Source: a bacterium (GTDB taxonomy: Bacteria > Zhuqueibacterota > Zhuqueibacteria > Residuimicrobiales > Krinioviventaceae). Taken from it: DNA of 64,000 nt. Shown one piece after another: positions 1-8,398 of this stretch (the first letter of the stretch is position 1; the number at the start of each line of letters is the position of its first letter). A program made the translations under genes and the position numbers. The stretch covers positions 736,001-800,000 of the forward strand of contig CAXXMD010000003.1 in assembly GCA_963675755.2 (NCBI GenBank), read 5' to 3'. Under the pieces are notes generated by a model. That model was not told where the DNA came from. It did not search any database and saw only the letters and a list, made by a program, of their open reading frames with translations.

Positions 1-907
1 ATCCGCCGCCGGCCTGGTAATATACATACAATGTCGTTCCAATAAAAAAGAACAGTGCCGAAACCGGAATGTACAGCAATCCACCAACAATCAAACTCTT
101 GAATGCTTCTTTATCTGATTTTGCGGATTTGTAACGCTGAATAAAATTCTGATCAATTCCAAAATTCTGCAAATTCATTACAATACCAAAAAACAGAACG
201 ATCCAGAATGTTTCGCTGGTTAATGAGGGACCAAAATCACCCAGGCTAAATTTACCATGGGCCATTCCATAGCTAAACACTTGTCCCGGACCATCGGGCA
301 GGCCAAACAACATGGCAACGGTACAAATCAAAGCACCACCAATAAGTACCACACTTTGAATTGCATCGGTCCAGATCACTGCAACAATACCACCCACAAA
401 GGTATACAGTGTAACAGAAATACCCACTACGATAATAATAAGTTCAATGTTCCATCCCAACAGCAGAGATAACGGTAACGCGGTCAAGTACATAACCGCA
501 CCCATACGCGCAATCTGGGTCAGCAGATAACAAACGCTTGCATACACACGCGCCCAGGTACCAAACCGGTCTTCAAGATTTGCATAGGCAGAAATGGATT
601 GGCTGGCACGGTAATAAGGCATAAAATACTTGATTGCTATAATAGTAGTGATGGGCAGTGACAGGCTGAATGTGAAAAAACCCCAATTCTTGTCTGAAAA
701 GGACATGGCAGGAATACCAATAAAACTGAGACTGCTCAAGTATGTGGCAAACATGGACAATCCACAAAGAATACCCGGTAATGAACGATCACCTGCGGTG
801 AATCCCTCGGTAGAGGTGCTTCTTTTGTGAAAATAGAATCCCAATCCTATTGTGCCAAGAAAATAAACGACAAGTACAGCAATGTCTACAAAACCAAATT
901 GAGGCAT
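1..907 (-). CDS. Sodium:solute symporter (SSS family), runs off the left edge
   Basis: Manual translation from ATG at 907 (GGAG SD at 914-917): MPQFGFVDIAVLVVYFLGTIGLGFYFHKRSTSTEGFTAGDRSLPG...SMFATYLSSLSFIGIPA...YTFVGGIVAVIWTDAIQ...NFGIDQNFIQRY, the classic SSS motifs. Absent from the ORF track because its stop lies outside the window. Confidence 0.92.
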   Translation of the reverse strand, partial: MPQFGFVDIAVLVVYFLGTIGLGFYFHKRSTSTEGFTAGDRSLPGILCGLSMFATYLSSLSFIGIPAMSFSDKNWGFFTFSLSLPITTIIAIKYFMPYYRASQSISAYANLEDRFGTWARVYASVCYLLTQIARMGAVMYLTALPLSLLLGWNIELIIIVVGISVTLYTFVGGIVAVIWTDAIQSVVLIGGALICTVAMLFGLPDGPGQVFSYGMAHGKFSLGDFGPSLTSETFWIVLFFGIVMNLQNFGIDQNFIQRYKSAKSDKEAFKSLIVGGLLYIPVSALFFFIGTTLYVYYQAGGG

Positions 908-996
908 GAGTGACTCCTGTAGAATGATGAAGAGGTTACAATTCTTGATATTGCCGGTAATTGATGGGCAAATATTTTTCTTTTTCCGAACTCTTG

Positions 997-1025
997 AATA
1001 TAACTGCTCAGAGATCAGAAATCAA
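997..1025 (-). promoter_or_regulatory. Putative sigma70 promoter of the symporter
   Basis: TTGATT-17 nt-TATATT on the minus strand, about 90 nt upstream of the ATG. Confidence 0.5.
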
Positions 1026-1100
1026 GAAAAAATGCGTAAAATAAAGTAAAATATTATGTTTTATACACTTGGATAATTTGTTCCAATAATACCTGACAAC

Positions 1101-1673
1101 CTATTTTATAAAATCACTTTCCAGTAATGAATAAATAACACTATCTTTGAATTCTTTATTATAAAGGAAATTTTCTCTAAAATAAGCTTCCTTGACAAAT
1201 CCTATCTTTTCGAGCACCTTTTTCGAAGCCAAATTATCCGGGTTAATATTGGCCTCAACACTGTGAAGGTGCAATGTATTAAATCCAAAATCAATCAGTA
1301 CAGATGCTGCTTCGTTCATATATCCTTTTCCCCAATAATCGGGATGTAAAGCATATCCAATTTCAGCTCTGCAATGCCGGGAATCTATTCTCCAAAATCC
1401 AAAATAGCCAATGAAGGTATTTGATGATTTCTCTAAAAGTCCCCAGTTGATGCCCTCGCCCTTGATAAAAGATTCGGTTAGTGATTTTATCAACTCCTCA
1501 GAATCTGCAATGGATTTCATCATATCAGTATCCATATATTTCATGACATCACTATGGGTCCGAATTTCAAACAAGGCGTTAGTATCATTCAAGGATATCT
1601 GACAAAATTTTAACCGCTCACTTTGCAATTCCGGGAATTGTTCAAATACCTGCTTGTTAATTTCAAAATACAC
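1101..1673 (-). CDS. GNAT acetyltransferase, RimJ/RimL family
   Basis: FPELQSERL, AEIGYALHPDYWGKGYM, N.ASKKVLEKIGF motifs. Start reassigned to GTG at 1673 because of the GAGGA SD at about 1682-1686. Confidence 0.88.
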   Translation of the reverse strand: MYFEINKQVFEQFPELQSERLKFCQISLNDTNALFEIRTHSDVMKYMDTDMMKSIADSEELIKSLTESFIKGEGINWGLLEKSSNTFIGYFGFWRIDSRHCRAEIGYALHPDYWGKGYMNEAASVLIDFGFNTLHLHSVEANINPDNLASKKVLEKIGFVKEAYFRENFLYNKEFKDSVIYSLLESDFIK

Positions 1674-1882
1674 TTTTTGAATCCTCTTATTAATATTTGA
1701 AAATGTTATCCGGTCTATACCCAACTCTATTGAAAAAGTTATAATAATAAAAGCAATATCAAAGCCTCTTTTTAAAAACATTAAATATACATTGAATTAA
1801 CAAATGCATTCATTTATTTTATAAATTCAATCACATGCTCAAACGGATAATCATTTGTTATTTTGAGAAAAAGGAAACCCGC

Positions 1883-3103
1883 ATGAAATCACGCCAAAAG
1901 GCCCTGCTCTGGAACGTAATTATTATTTCAATACTGTTTTTGCCAACATTTTTGATTGCAAAAGAAAAAGTCAAAATAGCTATTTGGGGAGATTCACGAG
2001 AAAACTTTTTGGGCACCTGTGAAAACATTGCTCAACATTTGTTGTATAAAACAACAGACTGGGATTTCCAGGTGCATACCGGAGATTTTACTTCTACGGG
2101 CAGCCAGGAATCCTGGGAAAAATCTCTAAATTATAAAGGAGTGGACTCTGTTTTTGTCAAAGACAGATTTTTCATGTGCACCAGCAATCATGATCTGGAT
2201 AGAGAAAACTATAATAAATACACCTCCAATGTCATGCCTATAAATTCTTTGGACAGTACAACCCATTTTTATCATTATCAAAAGGGAAATGTTCATATTG
2301 TTGCGGTAGATGCCTATTTTACAAATCCTGAAGTGATGAACAACTGGCTTGACAGCGAATTGGCCAAAATCCCCGAGGATGATTGGTTAATCGGTTTTTG
2401 GCACAATCCCTGTTATGATCACCTTACCAACAAAGAGGGTTATTATGACACCTGCAGCCCCTGGCTGGAAAAATTCTATGAACATGGCGGTGATTTTATT
2501 TTACACGGACACGCGCACATGTATGTACGTACCCACCCCCTGATGCCGGATGGCAGAGTAGATCCGCAAAAAGGTATGGTGCATATAATAAACGGCTGTG
2601 GCGGAGCAGACTTTAAAGCCCAGCAAGAAGTAACAGAAAAAACGGCCTATACCCCTTCTCAAAGATCCTTTGGGTGTATAACATTTATTTCGTTTGAAGA
2701 AGACAAAGCTACGGTTGAAACGGTAGATGTAAGAACATTGATCAACTATGGTACTATTGATAAATGGACCTGGGACAAATCAGAGATTCAAACTGGCATT
2801 GAACAAAACAATACGCTGTCTTTTACAGATTATCAATTGAAACAAAACTATCCCAATCCCTTTAATCCAACAACAACCATTCGTTATACCCTGGGAACAC
2901 CGGGCTATGTACAACTCGAAATATTTGACATTACCGGTAAAAACATTTCAACACTTGTTCATGAGAACCAAAACGCGGGCAATTATTATTACGACTGGAC
3001 AGCAACAGATGCCCATGGCAATACATTGCCCAGCGGCACCTATTTCTGTCAAATACAATGTGGAGATTATCGACAAACCATTAAAATGCTGCTTTTGCGC
3101 TGA
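1883..3103 (+). CDS. Secreted calcineurin-like metallophosphoesterase with C-terminal sorting domain
   Basis: Signal peptide; WGDSR, HTGDF, SNHD, WHNP and GHAH metal-binding motifs; QNYPNPFNP...KMLLLR tail. AAGGA SD before ATG 1883. Confidence 0.85.
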   Translation: MKSRQKALLWNVIIISILFLPTFLIAKEKVKIAIWGDSRENFLGTCENIAQHLLYKTTDWDFQVHTGDFTSTGSQESWEKSLNYKGVDSVFVKDRFFMCTSNHDLDRENYNKYTSNVMPINSLDSTTHFYHYQKGNVHIVAVDAYFTNPEVMNNWLDSELAKIPEDDWLIGFWHNPCYDHLTNKEGYYDTCSPWLEKFYEHGGDFILHGHAHMYVRTHPLMPDGRVDPQKGMVHIINGCGGADFKAQQEVTEKTAYTPSQRSFGCITFISFEEDKATVETVDVRTLINYGTIDKWTWDKSEIQTGIEQNNTLSFTDYQLKQNYPNPFNPTTTIRYTLGTPGYVQLEIFDITGKNISTLVHENQNAGNYYYDWTATDAHGNTLPSGTYFCQIQCGDYRQTIKMLLLR

Positions 3104-3108
3104 TCAGT

Positions 3109-4809
3109 TTATTTCGATACCGGCTCCAACCGTCCGTTTTCCAGGGGTGCGGTATCATCATCAGCAAACCAGAAACTGTACAGCTTGGCATTTTTCAGAT
3201 AAAACTTTAATGCAATGGCCCTTTTTTCAAAGGGCTTTTTCTTATTACTGTATTTAGCAGAATCTCCAAGATCTAACCAATCCTTGGGGAAATTGTCTAC
3301 AAAATTCTCGTCATGCTTCCAGGCTACCTTGTGATTAATAGCATTACCGGTAAAAGGGATACAATTCTCTGCCCGAAACAGGCCTTGAATATCATCCGAG
3401 TATTTTTCCACTTTTTTCAATTCCACATAATGATAGTCCTGCAATACCTCTACCCGAATCTCTCCTCCGTTGGCATCCGCATTGATGTATAAATGTTTAC
3501 CCTTTGGCCAGAACAGCGTGGTCAGCAGGGTTCCGGTTTCTTCTCCCGCGTCCATAGAAACAAATCCGTCCGTACGCAGGGTTGCCAATCCGGTTCGCAC
3601 TTTGTGGTCACGGGGCTTGATCTCATCGTGATCGTATTTTCTGCCGGTGTAATAAAAATAGAGGCTGTCGCTTTTGACGATTGGTGGACAATTCATCCAG
3701 ACCAGTCCGGCATCCCAACTGTTTTCGGGGCCGGTGGACAGGAACGGTTCGCCCTGACAAACCCGGTCCCAATTGCGGCCGTCATGGCTAAAGGCAAGCT
3801 CACAATGGAATTTTCCAGCCATTTCGGGATCCAGTGAAGCAGGACGATGATACATGACCGGAATTCCAATATACCCGCCAGCGTAACCAGTCACCTGCAT
3901 GAAATAGATATCCGTTGACGGACCATCCTTGGGATCGGCTTCCAGGACAAGCTCGTCATCAGACCAGGTGATACCGTCTGGACCAAAAGTCGCTTCGCTA
4001 AACAGCACCTTGCGCCAGCCGGATACGATCCGGGAGGGTGGGTCCCACAGGCGCAGGTAACAGAGATAACGATTGTGAAAGGGATCGTACGCGGGTTGAT
4101 TGGCTTCACCCAGTATGTCCCGCTGTGTTTGGTTGGGCATGGTCTGCCAGTTCAATCCATCCCGGGACTGGATGATCATAACCTGACGGGGTCGTGGTTT
4201 GGAACGAATAATAATGGCCCGATAGGGATAATCGGTTGCTTCCCGTACTTTGAAAAACGCCGAGTAATACGAAGTAAATGCCTCGCCGTTGAATTGGTTT
4301 AAATTTAAAATATTATTATGTTCGGGGACATCCTTTTTATCCAGTCCCTCCCAAATTTCATGGGACGGGAGCTGATCGGTAATGATGGGTGTGAAAGACC
4401 TGCCATCTGCGGTATGAAAAACCGAGTACAAGGTTTTCTCCTGAAAAGAGCCCACACAATAGGCAATGTGCCCCTTTTCATCCGTATCGGGAACAATGGA
4501 AAAAATTGTTGGGGAATGCATCAGCTTTTCGGAAACGGGTAATGACAGGGGTGCAGTGTATTTGTTTACCGCATGCAAGGTGCGTTTCACATTCCTGCTG
4601 CCCATGATAAAGGTATCATCCAGAAACAGGGCCGGTTCAGCGCCAATGATCCTGCCGGATTGGCGTTTAATGTCCCACTCGGATTGCGGGAAATCGGATT
4701 CAAACCCGATGGTGCGGTCCAGATGATAGACCGTGTTGGTCTGGCTGTATGTAATACCGGCAATCGTAACAATGATGAGGATTATGAGGATTCCGTTTTT
4801 CTTGAACAT
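3109..4809 (-). CDS. Secreted GH32/GH43-like five-bladed beta-propeller protein (putative glycoside hydrolase)
   Basis: Signal peptide; SRDGLNW and SHDGRNW Asp-box motifs; C-terminal 'LRTDGFVSMDA...LYINADA...KLYSFWF' module shared with 21196-22680. Confidence 0.65.
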   Translation of the reverse strand: MFKKNGILIILIIVTIAGITYSQTNTVYHLDRTIGFESDFPQSEWDIKRQSGRIIGAEPALFLDDTFIMGSRNVKRTLHAVNKYTAPLSLPVSEKLMHSPTIFSIVPDTDEKGHIAYCVGSFQEKTLYSVFHTADGRSFTPIITDQLPSHEIWEGLDKKDVPEHNNILNLNQFNGEAFTSYYSAFFKVREATDYPYRAIIIRSKPRPRQVMIIQSRDGLNWQTMPNQTQRDILGEANQPAYDPFHNRYLCYLRLWDPPSRIVSGWRKVLFSEATFGPDGITWSDDELVLEADPKDGPSTDIYFMQVTGYAGGYIGIPVMYHRPASLDPEMAGKFHCELAFSHDGRNWDRVCQGEPFLSTGPENSWDAGLVWMNCPPIVKSDSLYFYYTGRKYDHDEIKPRDHKVRTGLATLRTDGFVSMDAGEETGTLLTTLFWPKGKHLYINADANGGEIRVEVLQDYHYVELKKVEKYSDDIQGLFRAENCIPFTGNAINHKVAWKHDENFVDNFPKDWLDLGDSAKYSNKKKPFEKRAIALKFYLKNAKLYSFWFADDDTAPLENGRLEPVSK

Positions 4810-4976
4810 GCATACTCCCGTTAGGTTGGATAAATTTCTGGTTATAATAACCTGATTTCACGGTTGAGATGCAAGCAGAAAATGTTGGTATTGTAAGATG
4901 GTATAAATGATTTACCGCAAAGGGGATAATGGAATAATGAACCACAGATACATTCGCCCGTGGGCGAACACGCGAA

Positions 4977-5100
4977 GATAAATACAGATCAAATCCATCC
5001 CCCTTGATCGTGACGGGGAAAAGGTCGGTCCCTGAGTGTTCGCCGAAGGCGAACGTATCGAAGGGCCGGGCAATATATTAACCACAAATGAACGCAGATA
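4977..5100. repeat. Left copy of ~120-bp inverted repeat (partner 7707-7830)
   Basis: 5024-5078 is the exact 55-bp reverse complement of 7729-7783; the flanks match imperfectly. Confidence 0.92.
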
Positions 5101-5228
5101 TCTATTTTGCAGATATGATTATAAGATCATGAATCCACACCCGCCCAAATCTCATTTGGGTGGAGAATTGGGTAAAACACTTTGCTTTGGTATTTTAGGG
5201 GTGAGTCGCTGACATGATTAAAAACATT

Positions 5229-5462
5229 AACCACGAAGAAAAGAAGGGCACGAAGGGAGACTATAATTCAGGAATGGTTGAAATAACGAGAACTCATCCC
5301 GTTAGGGATGAAATATTTGTAGCTCACACCGATAACTTCAACCTGCATCCCGTAGGGATGCGATATCATATTTCTATTATTCTATCCCATCCCTACGGGA
5401 TGGTAATCTGTTTTTTTGTTTGTGCTACAAATATCTTATCTCTGACGGGACAATTCATTCCT
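5229..5462. repeat. Repeat unit 1 with 159-bp REPIN-like palindromic core (5294-5452)
   Basis: Near-identical to 7128-7360 and 7410-7643. The core carries hairpins CATCCCGTTAGGGATG, GCATCCCGTAGGGATGC and CCATCCCTACGGGATGG, and arms ATATTTGTAGC/GCTACAAATAT. Confidence 0.95.
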
Positions 5463-6108
5463 TGACCAAACTCCTAAATTTCTTAAAATCTGGTGCACTT
5501 ATACCATTATTAAAATCAACCAAATTAATACTACACCTAATTTTTTCATTCGTCTCTGCAAAGCATTCTAATGTATAATATAAACCATTTTTTATTTTTA
5601 ATGGATTTGTAAATTCTAAAAATATACGAAATTTCCGAATTTCATCTCTTTTCAACTTGATATCCTTAACTAGTATAAAACTCTTTTCTATACGAATTTT
5701 GGAAGGAATTGCACCTATATTTAATTTGACAGTATTCTTGTCTGATTCCTCAAACTCTAATAATGAATCCCCCTCAAAAATCTGTATTTTATTATCAATT
5801 GCAATTCCTTCAGATATATTATCAAAATGCAAATTAAAACCTTTTATCAAAAGTTGATCTGCAACTATAAAATTAGGAATAACTTCTAAATGAATTTGCT
5901 GAAACCATTTGACCTTTTCCGAATTATTTTGGTTTTCTAATATTTGAAATGATATATGAGCATAATAAAATGTTACAAGAACTAATAAAATAGTCCATAT
6001 AGTTATAGGAGTGGAAAAAGCTAATATACACATTTCATTCAGGATTGTTATAATTAAAGCTACAAGCAATAATAATACAAATATAAATACAATAATTTTA
6101 TTATGCAT
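5455..6108 (-). CDS. Hypothetical AT-rich membrane protein (2 N-terminal TM helices + soluble domain)
   Basis: Open frame with GAGG SD before ATG 6108 and two hydrophobic segments. The last codon and TGA stop lie inside repeat unit 1. Confidence 0.65.
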   Translation of the reverse strand: MHNKIIVFIFVLLLLVALIITILNEMCILAFSTPITIWTILLVLVTFYYAHISFQILENQNNSEKVKWFQQIHLEVIPNFIVADQLLIKGFNLHFDNISEGIAIDNKIQIFEGDSLLEFEESDKNTVKLNIGAIPSKIRIEKSFILVKDIKLKRDEIRKFRIFLEFTNPLKIKNGLYYTLECFAETNEKIRCSINLVDFNNGISAPDFKKFRSLVKE

Positions 6109-6221
6109 TTTCGCCTCATAGTTTCTTTTAAGAAAATTTATCAAATCCATTAAAATGTACCTTTATGTTTTCAAAATTAAATATTATATAATCATTGCTG
6201 CGAATGACTACAAGTTTAAAA

Positions 6222-6820
6222 TTATAAATGCAAACTTTTCTTAATATTCTTTCTAAATTCATTAAATTTTTCAATAGATATATCAACTATTGCTTGTAAT
6301 TCCTTTTCACGTTCAAAATAAATAATTCTTTGTTCGTCTTCAGGTGAATCTTTAAGCTCTGGGTAAAGTTTATGTATCCATTGTAAATGATCAGGATTAT
6401 GAGTATCGTTAACAAAAAAATGTTGACTTATGAAAAGCCTAAGATCAAAAAGTTTTTCAACAAAATTATTGAAATCTGTGTTTTTCTTTTTATCATTAAA
6501 CTTGCCCTCTGTAATTTTTGTTAATTCTAAATAATCACTAATTTTTTCTAAATATAATCTATGTATATAGTTATTATACAATTCATCTATAATAAAAGAG
6601 AATTCATTTTCTGCAAGTATATCATTATATCTTTGAAATAAATTTTTATCATGTTGGTAAATGATATCTCTAAATTTTATTTTTTTTTGGATTGTTAATT
6701 CTTGAATTAAATAAGTAGATAAAAAACCAAAAAATACAATCAATGGCTCCCAATCTGGAGTGCGTGATAACCACACTACTGATAACAGTAAAAAAACAAA
6801 TTAGTTAGTCTAATTATCAA
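6222..6820 (-). pseudogene. Hypothetical AT-rich 2-TM protein with an apparent homopolymer frameshift near the start
   Basis: AAAAGGA-7 nt-TTG at 6820 reads MIIRLTNLFF and then leaves frame at the T7 run (6790-6796). One extra T gives LLLSVVWLSRTPDWEPLIV..., joining the ORF 6222-6776. Confidence 0.6.
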
Positions 6821-7026
6821 TACTATATCCTTTTATTATATATTATTTTATATAATTGTGTCCAATAATAACAATTAATAAACACTTCAAGTAATTGATA
6901 TCAAAAAACTTCTCATACTTTCCAAGCCCCCTAATTTTTACTTCATGAATACTTAAATAAGTTAAATTCTCAAACAAAATGCAAGAACAAAATATCTTTT
7001 CATATTTTGTCTTTCTTCGTGGTCGG

Positions 7027-7053
7027 AGTATATCCGCCTAAGGCGGATATACT
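7027..7053. repeat. Palindromic hairpin AGTATATCCGCC-TAA-GGCGGATATACT
   Basis: 12-bp perfect stem read directly, next to an inverted CTTCGTGGT motif. Confidence 0.85.
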
Positions 7054-7080
7054 TCATGGTGGTCATTCAACCTAACTTCC

Positions 7081-7685
7081 CGTGACGGAGACCGCTTCGC
7101 TTAACTCTGTCACGATCAGGGAAAACGAACCACGAAGGAAAGAAGGGCACGAAGGGAGAATATAATACAGGAATAATTAAAAAATGAGAACTCATCCCGT
7201 TAGGGATGAAATATTTGTAGCCCGCACCTATAACTACAACCTGCATCCCGTAGGGATGCGATATCATAGTTCCTTCATTCTATCCCATCCCTACGGGATG
7301 GTAATCTGTTTTTTTGTCTGTGCTACAAATATCTTATCTCTGACGGGACAATTGATTCCAACCGTGACGGAGATCGCTTCGCTTAACTCCGTCACGATCA
7401 GGAAAAATGAACCACGAAGGAAAGAAGGGCACGAAGGGAGACTATAATTCAGGAATGGTTGAAATAGCGAGAACTCATCCCGTTAGGGATGAAATATTTG
7501 TAGCCCGCACCTATAACTATAACCTGCATCCCGTAGGGATGCGATATCAAAGTTCCTTCATTCTATCCCATCCCTACGGGATGGTAATCTGTTTTTTTGT
7601 TTGTGCTAAAAATATCTTGTCCCTGACGGGACAATTCATTCCTCCCGTGACGGAGACCGCTTTGCTTATCTCCGTCACGATCAGG
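7081..7685. repeat. Tandem array of ~282-283-bp units (REPIN-like cores 7192-7350 and 7475-7633; 34-bp CGTGACGGAG...CTC(C/T)GTCACG hairpins at 7081, 7363, 7646)
   Basis: Direct comparison: CGTGACGGAG starts at 7081, 7363 and 7646; AACCACGAAG starts at 7128 and 7410. Confidence 0.95.
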
Positions 7686-7706
7686 GGTATATATTTGATC
7701 TGTGTT

Positions 7707-7830
7707 TATCTGCGTATATCTGTGGTTTATATATTGCCCGGCCCTTCGATACGTTCGCCTTCGGCGAACACTCAGGGACCGACTTTTTCCCCGTCTCGTC
7801 AAGGGGATATGGATTTTATCTTTGTTTATT
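7707..7830. repeat. Right copy of ~120-bp inverted repeat (partner 4977-5100)
   Basis: Reverse complement of 4977-5100, including CCCTTCGATACGTTCGCCTTCGGCGAACACTCAGGGACCGAC. Confidence 0.92.
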
Positions 7831-7873
7831 AGAGCCTATTCGTCCTCTGGCGGATTTTTCGTGGGCTGTTTTT

Positions 7874-8262
7874 CTCTGTGTTCTCCGTGCCTCTGTGGTT
7901 TATTTCTTCCTGGCCTTGCCCTTCGATACGATCCGTCACAAAACGACGGATCACACGGTTCCTGAGCTTGTCCTGAGTTTATCGAAGGGCTTGTCAAAGG
8001 GCAGGGTCCGGCATTTTTCCGTTACGATCAATGGGTATAGGATTTATCTGTGTTCATAGACAGGTGTCTGATCATTTTTTTGGGTTCCAGGGCAGAGCCA
8101 CTGGAACCAGAAACGAGATAACTCGCTTTGTACTTTTGTACATATCGCGCCCGCAGTCGGCCCTTCGATACGGTCGCCTTCGGCGAACACTCAGGGACCG
8201 ACTTTTTTCCTCTGTGTTCTCCGTGTCTCTGTGGTTTATGTATTGCCTCGATCCTTCGATAC
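7874..8262. repeat. Further mixed short repeats: CTCTGTGTTCTCCGTG(C/T)CTCTGTGGTT (7874-7900, 8210-8236) and CCCTTCGATAC scaffold copies (7919-7990, 8159-8206, ~8253)
   Basis: Read directly; same motif families as at 4940-5100 and 7698-7790. Confidence 0.85.
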
Positions 8263-8332
8263 TCTTACTCTATGCCCGGGCAGGCGTTTGAATTATTTCA
8301 ATGCAACACCCAATCAACTTTATTCTCTGCAC

Positions 8333-8361
8333 TTGACAATCACACGGCAATTGATTACGTT
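8333..8361 (+). promoter_or_regulatory. Putative sigma70 promoter
   Basis: TTGACA-17 nt-TACGTT upstream of ATG 8399. Confidence 0.5.
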
Positions 8362-8398
8362 ATGTACTAAAAAATCTGCATGAATTTGAGGGCAAGGC

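Noticed and set aside
7081-7685. CRISPR array
   Set aside because: The 34-bp hairpins are separated by ~250-bp near-identical sequence, not unique spacers; no cas genes.
5229-7685. Classical integron attC array
   Set aside because: No intI in the window and no clear RYYYAAC...GTTRRRY box pairs at the unit ends; only the analogy is retained.
5214-7832. Similar short ORFs 5214-5465, 7184-7447 and 7407-7832 as a peptide family
   Set aside because: They are translations of the palindromic DNA repeat; starts and stops differ between copies and conservation follows the hairpins.
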